Source: Octopus sinensis (taxonomy: Eukaryota). From it: 64,000 nt of DNA. The notes below the pieces were generated by a model. It had not been told where the DNA came from, made no database searches, and saw only the letters and a program-made list of their open reading frames with translations. Below are positions 1 to 11,383 of the stretch, piece by piece. The translations under genes were made by a program, and so were the position numbers. Within the stretch, counting starts at the first letter, position 1. Each line of letters opens with the position of its first letter. The stretch covers positions 20,894,001 through 20,958,000 of the forward strand of contig NC_043016.1 of assembly GCF_006345805.1 (NCBI RefSeq), read 5' to 3'.

Positions 1-690
1 TCTGGATTCCCACCTTTGCTATAAAGAGGAATTAATCTTCTCTCTTCACTCCTTTGCTCTACATGGGCTCAACTCCCCTCCCTTCTTCATCAGGCTACCC
101 TCCTCTTCTCTCTTCATCTGACACCTTCTTCCTCTCTTCACTCCTACCTACCTTCTTCCTTCATTAACACACCACTCCATCAACACCCCATCCCCACATG
201 TCCCACTCCCACATACCCCACCCCTACCTCATATCCTCAGCCCACCCTCATCCCAACACCGTCACACCACCCCACCCCACACCTCTCTGCACACAAGCAC
301 TGACCACCTCTCAGCACCCACACCATCATCCACACACCCACACATTACAGACGCATGCACACACATATCTACACCTCAAAGTCACCAGCTCCTATCCACA
401 TGCACACACACACACTCTCACATACACACATGTACGAGCACCTTCGTTTTGGGATTACCAGTACTTTATTATCTCCCCTTCTTCCTAGCTCTCCTGTCTA
501 ACTACCATTGTCCAACCAGTCGCCATGATTGACTGCTAAATACACAAGCTTTATTTATTTTCTTTCTGTTTATGTCCTTGTGTTCCTTTCTGCTGAAGAG
601 CTTAGGCTTGAAATGTAAAAGAGTTTCTCACCTTCCCCAGCATCACCTGCTTGTTGTTTATACACCTGTCTTCATCTTATGTTTTTCTGA
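1..690 (+). mobile_element. Penelope-like element 3' fragment (end of GIY-YIG domain, C/A-rich spacer, pLTR with hammerhead-like core)
   Basis: Frame 2 reads LDSHLCYKEELIFSLHSFALHGLNSPP, resembling a PLE GIY-YIG C-terminus; motif cttt-CTGCTGAA-GAGC-ttag-gctt-GAAA-tGTA-aaag at 586-621; related copy at 45100-45292. Confidence 0.6.
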
Positions 691-697
691 AAATTTC

Positions 698-743
<46 letters not shown>

Positions 744-780
744 ATATATACATACATAAAAAAAAATATATATATATATA

Positions 781-843
781 CATCACCCGGTCTGAGATTC
801 GAACCCAGGATCCCTCGACTGTGAGTCCACATGCTCTAACCAT
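781..843 (-). mobile_element. tRNA-derived SINE head fragment
   Basis: Minus strand atggttagagc...ggttcgaatc (A and B boxes) with no acceptor stem, embedded in (TA)n; related to the head at 36139. Confidence 0.6.
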
Positions 844-882
844 GTTCCTCCACATATACATATATACATATTTGCATATACC

Positions 883-918
<36 letters not shown>

Positions 919-1434
919 TTTCCCTTTAGAGATAGTAGACCCCTTCATCTCACCATATAAAAAATAATTTTTATTTTAAATACCTACTGTTTTATAACTT
1001 GGCTTCATGTGTTTCATGAGGTACATTTCCCGGTTCCTAAACCACTCCATGTTTAGCTGGAACCCTTCTTAGAATGTAACCCCAATCATCAGTCTTTTAT
1101 ATCACTTTATCATCGTTCAATACTATAAACTATATTTTAATTTTTTTAAACCCATAAGTATGTGTAAAATAGGTATGTGTAAATTAGGTTCGCTGGACCC
1201 TACAGTACAAGCCATAATTCAGATAAAAATTCAAATAAAAAATTACAAAAATAAAATAAGAAATAAAAAATAAAAAAATGAAAATGCGAAAAAATACGAA
1301 AAATTTACAAAATCTATGTTAGTAATATATAGGGTTAAAAATAAAATATATTTGTATATAATTGTATATATAAAAGCACTAGGCAGTGTCTCATATTTTT
1401 GTTTGCCCACTCCAGTTGCATCTATCAATTTATC

Positions 1435-1469
<35 letters not shown>

Positions 1470-1754
1470 TTATATGGATTTCATAGACAGGAACTGAAAC
1501 AAATCAATCGTATATATATGTATATATGTAAGTGTATGTGTGTGTCTTTGTCTCTGTGTTTCGCTCTCATCACTGCTTCACAACTGCTGTTCATTTATTT
1601 ACATCCCCATAACTTACTGGTTTCACAAGAACAAACTAATAGAATAAGTACTAGGCTTATCAACATAAACAAAAGCACTAGGCTGTGTCTCATATTTTTG
1701 TTTGCCCACTCAGTTGTATCTATCAATTTATCTTTGTATGTGTGTGTGTATCTA

Positions 1755-1789
<35 letters not shown>

Positions 1790-1794
1790 CTATC

Positions 1795-1834
<40 letters not shown>

Positions 1835-1837
<3 letters not shown>

Positions 1838-3148
1838 CACCCTAATGGGGGCCTTAACTCCCAAATTTTAGCCATTTCTTTTATGATCCAAAACTAGGTC
1901 AAAAGTACTGAATGGATCTTTATGAAATTTGGAAATTATACTCTATGCACAAGGGTCATAACCCCCATGACAATTCATATATTTTTGCTGTTGATGAAAT
2001 TTTAACCATAGATATTACACACAAATGAAGTAATATTTATAAAATTTCATCTTCTTACAAGTTAGAAAGACCCCTCCATGGGGACTTAACACCCACAATT
2101 TTGTCATTTTATCTTAGCAAAAACAAATACAGTTGTGCTCTTGGAAGCTGTAGGGTTACCCAAGCATAAAAGATGAGCATTATTTGTAATTCAATGGTAC
2201 AACAGTGTAACAGTTTGCTTTGACATGCACTTACATTGTGATTTCTGCAATGTGGTGCATAAATTGTCAAGTAAATGAGAGGCATCTTTGCCTCCACTGA
2301 TTCAGTTGCAAAGTGTTGAGTAAAGTTATTTGATTGCAGACCTCCTTTCAGTCTTTTTATTATCACTGGATCACACATAGTCCCCACATGGTAACATTGA
2401 TTTCAAGGCCTTCCCAGATGAGTGACTGGTTATTCAAAGACATTTATAGATTGTAAATTTATTCTGTCCAGTTACGTATCAGTATAGTGGTCATTTGCAA
2501 ACTCCAGAGGTGACACTTTCATTTCTCCTTAGCCTCCACGTCACACAGTTGTTAATGTTTATTTCAGTTGGGTCATGCCCTTCCAATTGCTATAGATTCG
2601 TAATGCATCTTATGGCTGTGCCTGTCACCTGGATGGTGAGGAATCCTATATTGGGAGTGGTAATGACTAGGGTTAGGTAGCTGACTGCTTATTGTGATCA
2701 TCCGTCTTTTGGTTTCCTGTAGCTTTGCTCTCTTTTACAGACCCAGTGAACATATATTTCCTATTTCAAAGAAATTCAAACAATAGATATAAGACCCAAG
2801 TTAAAAAGATTCTCAACAATTCAACTTCCCTGGTTGACATTAAGATGCCCACCCCCAACAGGAGCCTCTCACATTTTAGAGCTCTATGACCATCATTTTT
2901 CAGGAGCAAAATCTTTTTAACAGGTTCAATAAGACTGGAATTTTGAAATATGCGCATAAAAATCAGTAGTATGGCATACATGTGGCATGATTACAATTTT
3001 TTTAGGGTGTGTAAAGAGGGAAATAACCCTCATCTGCAATTTTGATGAAATTCAAAACATAGATATTCCAGTTCATTGGAGAAAATATAACAGAAAAGTC
3101 TAATTCTTCAATTGCATGTAACATGGGCAACGCCTGGTATCTCTGCTA

Positions 3149-3149
<1 letters not shown>
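1835..3149 (+). mobile_element. Non-autonomous Helitron-like element (5' boundary uncertain)
   Basis: 3' end gggcaacgcctggtatctctgCTAG|T is essentially identical to the end of the 9354-11383 Helitron. Confidence 0.5.
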
Positions 3150-3221
<72 letters not shown>

Positions 3222-3452
3222 AGCTAGTTGCTGATCTTTTGGTCATGCCTATGATTTCATGCGGCTTGATGAATCTTCCTAAGCACAACATATCATCAAT
3301 TGTTATCACCTCTATGTGGCCCAATATTTGAAGGTCATGCTTTGCCACCTAGGTCTACCTCTTCCACAGGTTCCTTCCAGAGTTAGGATCAGCACTTCTT
3401 ACACAGCTGTCTTCATCCATATGCATGTGTGTATAATGTGCATAATATCATA

Positions 3453-5021
3453 CAATCATGCACACAATTATTGACACCCCTTGTAAAAAGTGGGTTTTTG
3501 TTGAATTTCTTGTTAAAATTAGATCTCATCAAAAATACTATGGCACAATAATGTTAACAACTAAAGCATAAAATTTACCAATGGAGGACATCTGGCAATG
3601 TTTAATATGGTAATCTCAGTTGCTAAAAATTTCAAGCATTGTTCAAACTTATTGGCACTTACATAACAATTTGATTATTGTATTGGAAAAACACTAATTT
3701 GAGCTACAATATAAGAATATGTGTTGAATAATAGAAAGTTCTAAAATACATAATAACACAGAACAACTTTCTTTTGGACAATGAACTATTCTATTTGCAA
3801 CATCATAGTAAAGGTGAAGGAGCACAGTTCTGACTTAAAGAAGAAGATTGCTGATGCTCGTGTTGTTGGAGATGGTTTTACGGCAATATCTAAGAATATT
3901 ATTATAGCTAGATCAACTGTTTGCAACATAATCATGAAGCACCAAGATACTGGTTTATTGGAAAATAAATTTCTTCCACCAAGAAGCTTTTTTCAGAATG
4001 AGATGAGCAGATGTTAATTAAGATAACGACTACAACAATGAAAGCTAATTTGACACCAATCAGACTTCATGCTTCAAGGTTAACATTTGCTCAAACTCTG
4101 AAGAGATAGTTTCAGGCCTACTGTCCCCAGAAGGTGCCATTGTTGTAGAAGAAATGCTTGACTGCTCATTTAAAGTTTGCAAGGGACTTTCAGAAGAAGT
4201 CTGAATGTTTTTGGCTCTCTTTTCTGTGGTCTGCCGAAACCAAAATCAAATTACTTGGTCACAACAATAGGACAACCATTGGGAGAAAAGAGGAGAAGCC
4301 TACAATCTGAAGAATACCATCCCTACCATCAAACATGGCAGAGGCAGTATAATGCTGAGGAGCTGTTTTTCTGTGAAAGGCACAAGAAAATTTATTTGAA
4401 TTGAAGGAACAATGAAAAAGAGATGTTTTGAATGTAAACCTAGTCATTGGCAAAGCATAGGATTCGGACACTGTTGGACCTTCATGCAGGACCATGATCC
4501 CAATCATACCTCCCTTTTCATCTAAAATTGGTTGAAAGAAAACAAAATAGATCTACTCTGATGGCTGACTCAAAATCCTGACTTAAACCTGATAGAAAAT
4601 TTATGGTAGGAGCTAAAGAAAAGGGTGAAAGCAACAAGGCCATCTAACCTGAAGTAGTTGGAAGAATATGCAATTAAAGAATGGGCAAAAAGTCCTTCTG
4701 ATATGTGTCCGAAGATAATTGAAAACTACTTCTGCAAATTGAAGGAAGTTATTAAGCATAAAGGATACACTGCTAATTGTTAATCATTGAATGTTGTAGA
4801 GATGCCAATAATTGTGAACCATCCAATTAGTTTGTTTCTCTGATTTGCTCATTAAAGATAAATTGTTTGGAAATTCAACTTTTGTTTAGTGTTCCTTAAA
4901 CAAGTGTGCCTACATTGACCAAAGTGCAAAAGAATATTTCGATTAAAAGTTGATGACCTCTTATGATTATTTAATTATTCTTTCTTTGAAGGGAAGCTTA
5001 ATTTCATATGGAAACATCCTG
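3453..5021 (+). mobile_element. Decayed full-length Tc1-family DNA transposon (about 1.57 kb)
   Basis: TA|caatcatg...attattgacaccc left end and degenerate right end ...cctg|TA; N-terminal HTH KVKEHSSDLKKKIAD...ISK...RSTVCNII; catalytic remnants QDHDPNHTS and NPDLNLIENLW*ELK; multiple stops and frameshifts. Confidence 0.9.
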
Positions 5022-5235
5022 TAACATTTTAGTCGTATATGAAGCTTAATTTTATGAAGTGTTTTATTTTTTTTCTGACTCATGAAATATATTGAGTGAC
5101 AAAGAACATTAACTTATGAAATTTATTCTCTCTTTTTTTATGTTATTTTCCCACTGCTTAATTAGAATGCTAATTAGTTGTGCTGTACAAGGGGATTTTT
5201 CTTTATTATATATATGACCATCCCCAAATACAACA

Positions 5236-5268
<33 letters not shown>

Positions 5269-5559
5269 ATATATATATAGTCAATTCAAGGATATCTTAT
5301 CCTCATTAGGGATAATAAATCTGAAATTTCACTAGTTTAATCACATTAGAAGAAAATTTCTACTTTGCATTATGGATTGTTATAATAGGTAAAATTAGTA
5401 ATGTAAGAAAATGGAGAGTTAGAAATGTATAGTTAATTTATTTGCATCATAGTTTGTTTTTAATATATAAATACAAATAAATTTTTAAAAAGCACAATAT
5501 AAGACTTAAAAGCACCTACATATGTTTTGATTCTGGCCCCTTGGTAATGCATAATTTAA

Positions 5560-6764
5560 AGCATTTGGGTTAAATCCATTGTTACGAATTTAAGCTGTTT
5601 TAATTGTAATGAAGGTTACATCTTACTTGTAGGAATTGATATTATTATGTGAATTGCTATGAAGTTTGGATGCCTCATAACTTAATGGAAAAAACTTAAA
5701 ACAGTGCATTTCCAACTGCGATTCTCTGCTCAGATGAAACAAAAATTATACATTTTTGAAAAGAATGATAATGTGTGATGAGAAAAGGATTTTTCATTTT
5801 TCATTTTATGTGGCCACTCACACATAGGAGATGTGATTCATCAGAGGGCTTGAGTGATGTGGTCAGGGGAGTATGGTGAGTAGAAAATAGGTGGTCCTGT
5901 ACCAGGGAGCTGCATAAAGGAGTGATGGGGAGAGGGATGGAATAGGAGCTAAATGAAAAATAAAATGAAAAATGTCCTGAACAAAATGAGATGAAGTACC
6001 TTCAATCTCTCCAAAAGCTGGTCTGTATCTGAAGAAGATAATGTTTTGTATCTGGTAGGATTAGAAGGATATTGTGTACCATGATCTACTTCCACAAAAT
6101 CAAATGTTAAATTCTGTAATGTCGCACATTTGGATGGCCGCTACTCATCTCTTCTCTACTACTCAACTCGACTCTCTACTCTAGTCTGTCTACTCTTCAC
6201 AGCTGTGCTCTGTTCTACCAATATCTAGGCTTCTCCCTCTATATCTATGTATTGGGCTAGCCTACTTCATCGTCTGGGGGCGTCCACACAACAAATTCAT
6301 ACTATTATTGTTTCCAATTAGACCAATTAAAGGAGGCGATTGATGAAAAATGTCCAGAACTGGCCAACCAAAAGGGTGTTGTCTTACATTAGGACGATGC
6401 TAGATTGCATGTTTCTTTGTAGACCAGGCAGAAATTGGTGCAGCTTGGATGGGATGTCCTACCCTACCCACCATACTCACCTGACCTTGCACCTTTGGAT
6501 TATCATTTATTCCAATCCCGGCAAAATTCTTTTAATGGGAAGAACTTTTATTCTTTAAAAGAGTATAAAAACTACTTAGACCAGTTTATGACCCAGAAGG
6601 ATGCCAACATCTGGGAGGATGGGATTATGAAGCTGCCTCAAAAATGGTGAAAGGTAGTGAAACAAAATGGAAAATATGTGGTTGAGTAAAAGGTATGCAC
6701 AACTATCTAAATATTGTTAATGAATTTTACTTAAAAAACACTACAAACATTTTTACCAACCCAA
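5560..6764 (+). mobile_element. Decayed mariner (DD34D) transposon, interrupted by a 143-bp templated segment and a solo LTR
   Basis: WMPHNL (WVPHEL-like), MCDEKRI, H*DDAR, YPPYSPDLAPLDYHLF motifs; right TIR ...ttttaccaacccaa|TA. Confidence 0.88.
6115..6293. mobile_element. Solo LTR (179 bp) with 5-bp TSD AATTC
   Basis: TGTAAT...CAACA termini; aattc at 6110-6114 and 6294-6298; removing it rejoins the mariner frame (NQMLNS|YYYC). Confidence 0.75.
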
Positions 6765-6780
6765 TATATATATATATAAG

Positions 6781-7095
6781 TGTCTTCTGCTATAGCCCCG
6801 GGCCGACCAATGCCTTGTGAGTGGATTTGGTAGACAGAAACTGAAAGAAGCCTGTCGAATATATGTATATATATATATGTGTGTGTATATGTTTGTGTGT
6901 CTGTGTTTGTCCCCCTAGCATTGCCTGACAACCGATGCTGGTGTGTTTACGTCCCCATCACTTAGCGGTTCGGCAAAAGAGACCGATAGAATAAGTACTG
7001 GGCTTACAAAGAATAAGTCCCAGGGTCGATTTGCTCGACTAAAGGCGGTGCTCCAGCATGGCCGCAGTCAAATGACTGAAACAAGTAAAAGAGTA
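6781..7095 (+). mobile_element. Abundant SINE family A (central microsatellite; 3' ...gactaaaggcggtgctccagcatggccgcagtc...), 5'-truncated copy
   Basis: Same family at 7158-7310, 22040-22425 plus 23556-23710 (-), 27900-28120, 37628-38010, 48150-48500 (-), 54911-55345, 61520-61890 (-). Confidence 0.85.
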
Positions 7096-7104
7096 AATAT
7101 ATAT

Positions 7105-7159
<55 letters not shown>

Positions 7160-7429
7160 TGTTGGTATGGCAAAAAGTTTTCTTCCCAACCACATGGTTT
7201 TAGGTTCAATCTCACTGCATAGTACCTTGGGAAAGTCTTTACTATAAGCCAACCAAAGCCTTGTGAGTGGACTTTGTGGACAGAAACAGGTTAAAAAAAG
7301 CCCTTATACATATGTGTGTGTGATAGTTGTAAATCAATGCATGAAAAGTATATAGCATATTGAAATCTTGATGTTTATTTTGCAACACAAGTTTCTTACC
7401 ATTGCAACTTTCAGATGATAACTATTACA

Positions 7430-7860
7430 ATTTGGTTTGATGGTATGTTTATATATTTGCTGAGAGTTAAGGAGCCACAGCTCCTATCCATCCCTCTCCC
7501 CATCACTCCTTTATGCAGCTCCCTTGTACAGGACCACCTATTTTCTACTCACCATACTCCCCTGACCACATCACTCAAGCCCTCTGATGAATCACATCTC
7601 CTATGTGTGAGTGGCCACATCTGGCCACTTGTTTCTGGTACACTCTCCTAAAACCCAATGTCATTCACTTAGTTGATATACTTGTATTCTATTTCTCCTG
7701 TGTATCCTGGGTCACTGATGTTGCTCTACACTATAGATTACATAGGCTTCTATTACCTCCCTGCCGACCTAGTCATATTGTCTTGAACGTTTCTACCTGT
7801 CTCAGAATACTAAGTACTCCTGTCACTCGTGCTTCTTTTTCTGTAAAGAGACAGATGAGT
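7430..7860 (-). mobile_element. Decayed RTE-like LINE fragment
   Basis: Composition and remnants resemble the other RTE pieces in the window; contains the source of the inverted copy at 5808-5950. Confidence 0.45.
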
Positions 7861-8168
7861 GAAATGTGTGTTTGTGTAAGTGTGCGAGAAAGAGAGAGGG
7901 AGAGAGAGAGAGAGAGAGAGAGAGAAATAAGTGTTGTAAGACTGAGATCCTTTTAGTCATTTCATGATACACAAAAGTCATGATGACTGGTAAAATTGTC
8001 ATTTGATATTGTATGAACTCAAATGATAATTATAATGTAACTTAGGTAATTTTTCAGTATATGATCTAGTATGTTGTTTGATATAACAATTCCACAGTAG
8101 TTATTGAAATTATCATAACTGGTTAATAAATGTAATTCCACTACCTTTATTCCTTTGCTTTATTTTGA

Positions 8169-8201
<33 letters not shown>

Positions 8202-8635
8202 CATACATAGAAGATGTAAGTAATATACGTCAATTGACATATATTGATAGGCATGTACAAGTGCTTAGATCATTTTACCACTAAAACTCTGGTTTGAAGT
8301 GCAAATGGGAATGAGCAGTTGAAATTGCCCATCGAAGGTGGCTCAAAGTAGTACCTGTTTTAGCGGGTGTAAATAGGTCAAAAATGGAAGATGGACAAGC
8401 AGAGCATCTGGCATTGCTCAAGGATATTCACTTCACAATAAAGAGTACAAATTAGATATATATAAAAAAAAAAGCATAAAACAGTTATGGCAGATAAATA
8501 AAGTTACTTTATGTAACTACCATAACTGTTCTATGCTTTGTTTGCATTCTTTATTATGAAATAAATATCTTCGCGTAACACAACATGCTATGCTGGTTTG
8601 TCTTTCATTTTCAATCTATTTATGTATGTGTATAT

Positions 8636-8856
8636 ATATCAACTTAAATACACAACCGAAAGAGCTACTAATAGTTTCATGCTATTATGATATTTGAACA
8701 GGCATACTTATAAAATATGTCGTGTATCATAAAGCAATTTTTCAGACTGAAAGATTGCTTTAAGATATATGGTGTATTTTATAAATATGCCTGTTCAAGT
8801 ATCATAACAGCATGAAACTATTAGTAGCTCTTTTGGTTGTGTATTTAAATTGATAT
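8636..8856. mobile_element. Palindromic MITE/foldback (about 110-bp arms, 1-nt loop)
   Basis: atatcaacttaaatacacaacc...ttcag A ctgaa...ggttgtgtatttaaattgatat. Confidence 0.8.
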
Positions 8857-8904
8857 TTATCTCTCATTGGATGGAGTGTGTTTTGTTGATTCTACCTCTA
8901 TTGG

Positions 8905-9181
8905 ATCTATATATATATATATTGGTAAAAACGGTAAGATAACAAAAGAAAGAAAAAGGCCCCAATAAATAGAGGAATTTATCTGTAAAAATAATATGTG
9001 ACAATTACTCGGTAGCCAAGATAAAACTCTGAGTTTCGGATGCCAAGGTGGAAATCCACACCACCATCTCTTCAGATGGCCAGATAACTGAAGAGATGGT
9101 GGTGTGGATTTCCACCTTGGCATCCAAAACTCAGAGTTTTATCTTGGCTACCGAGTAATTGTCACATATTATTTTACAGAT
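8905..9181. mobile_element. Penelope-like pLTR with a 95-bp-arm inversion carrying a type I hammerhead ribozyme fold
   Basis: Inverted repeat 8981-9075 / 9088-9181; CTGAAGA at 9088-9094; (G/A)AAA at 9126-9129; stem I gccagataa / ttatct(t)ggc. Confidence 0.65.
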
Positions 9182-9353
9182 ATATATATGTATATATATA
9201 TATGATAAACACTTTTATTTAAAGATTTAATGCTTTAACAAAGAAACTCTGCTCATACTAAATACAAGATATTTTATTTTAAAGGAGGTATGAATTCATG
9301 ACAGAGGAGCTCCTTGCCAAAACATTAAATATGTAAAATTTGCTCTACAGTCA

Positions 9354-11383
9354 TCTATATATATAATACAGAAGATGTCTGTCTGTTTGTGTAACTGCAT
9401 GCATTTCTACATTTTACAACCGATTTGCACCAAATTTCATACATAGGCTTCTGAAGTCCTATTGCATGTCGTAGGCTATTTTATTTTTCTGCACATCAAT
9501 TGTGTGGTGCCCCAGGAGCAGAAACCCCCTTAAGGCTCTCTCTTGGAGTCAGCAGTATTACTGCATAAAGGCCCTACAATACCTGCAGTTTGCCTCCCAT
9601 CTTCACCAAAATTGATTTTTTGTTTGTTTATGGCCTACAAATAAAGTTGCAGGCATGCACTTGCGCAGAAATTCATGTAGGTCATCAGTCAAAAGGAAAC
9701 GGTGAGCTGGCATGAGGACAGGAAAAGAGTTCAGTTATAAAGTTGACAAAAAAGGTCAGTTGTTGAATAGACAAAAAAAGGTCAGTTGAAGAACAGTCGT
9801 TGTGTAGGTGTTGTGTCGTCATGTTCTGTTGCATGTTGAGATCAACAAAAGACTGTGAATCAGTTGTTGCGTTGTGGAGACATTCATGTTGTGAATTTAT
9901 CGAGAAAATTGAATTTGATGAGGCGCAAGTTTGGATTTATTGTTGACGGCTTTTCTGGCTTCTCAGTACTGCTTTTTCCATTTCTGTAGTGGTAATCGAC
10001 TTGCTGAGCATGTTTCCACTCATGCGTTGCAGGCTGTTTCGCACTAGAACCCATGGTAGTACCACGGAAGGCTGTGCATTTGTGTGGTACGTAACATCAG
10101 TTAATTGCTGAGTTACAGACATCTGTTTTTCCTAATCTTGAGGAGAACAACACAAATTAAGAGTGGTTGTGTGAACGCGCAATATTGGCAAACAGCTCGT
10201 GCTGTGTTTGCCTGGAAACCTGCACGTTTACAAGTCCCTTGACTCTATGGCTGATTCGGACAAGGTTGTTAATTACCCCACAGAATTTCTTAATTTCCTA
10301 GACCCTCCCAGATTGCCACCACACTTATTGTGACTTAAGAATGGTGCCCCTGTCATGCTCCTCAGGAATTTGGAACCCCCCCAGGCTCTGCAATGGCACA
10401 CATCTGGTCGCCCAAAAGGCGATGCCTCATGTTATTGAGGCAACACTTACAGGATGTGATAAGGGGAATACTGTCGCCATACCAAGGATACCCCTCGTTC
10501 CATCTGGTAAAGACATTCCTTTCACATTCAGAAGGTTGTAATTTCCTCTCTGGTTCAGTTTCACCATGTTGATTAACAGATGCTGACAGTTGTAGGGCTT
10601 AATTTAGAATAACCATGCTTTTCCCATGGTCAACTATATGTTGGCTGCTCTCAAGTGAGGAGCTGACATAACCTATTTGCTTTTGCAACTCGCGAGAAAA
10701 CCCAAAATATAGTCTATAAGGAAATTTTGTAGGTGCTCTATCAGCCAAAAAGTAATCGCTGTCTTTTGTATAAGTGCTTACATTTGCTGTATTTGTGTGC
10801 CGTTTTTGTCCATGTATGCCTCTGAGGTTGCTTTTTTTATACATTATAAATGTTCAATGTCTCTGTTTTCCGTATTTATATGTTGCAATCACGCTTTGCT
10901 ATCGATGTTCCAGTTTTAACTTAATCTACTTTTTCCTACATCTTATTTACACATATTTTTGACATATCAGCATGATCTTGCCAAGGCTGTTTTTGTGGCT
11001 ATCGACTTACATGCTCTTCTAGGTTACAATCTCAAATAACAAGCAAAGCAAATACAACACACCAAAGTGGTGTGAAGGACTTCTTAAGGGCCACCAACTC
11101 TAATCGGAGTCTTCTTTACTGACAGCTCTGCCGCTGGGACTTTAAAGAGTGAAAGATCCAAGGCTCTCTTCAGGGCCACCAAGTTTAAATTGTTACCATC
11201 GGATTCATCTTTGCTGGTAGCACCACTGCAGAGATATTTCCTCGTGAATGTTCAAAGGCCCCCTTTAGGGCAAAATTCTGTAAATTGTTACTTCTATAGT
11301 CGTGCTTGACAGAAGTCTTTTGGTTCATTTGAATAACTACTCCACTGAGAGTTATACTGGGCAATGCCTGGTATCTCTGCTAG
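9354..11383 (+). mobile_element. Internally deleted Helitron with decayed PIF1-like helicase C-terminus
   Basis: A|TCTATATATA 5' end and CTAG|T 3' end; remnants WLCERAILA, NYPTEFLN, GAPVMLLRNLEPPRLCNGT, IPRIPLVPS...PFTFRRL*FP, PCFSHGQLYV at 10100-10660. Confidence 0.92.

Noticed and set aside
781-843. tRNA-Val(CAC) gene
   Set aside because: Has A/B boxes but no acceptor stem; matches a SINE head.
572-1871. ORF-track peptides rich in IY/YI/VC (also 14919-15207, 16489-17815, 18734-19275, 49447-50030)
   Set aside because: Translations of (TA)n/(CA)n microsatellites; no splice or codon support.
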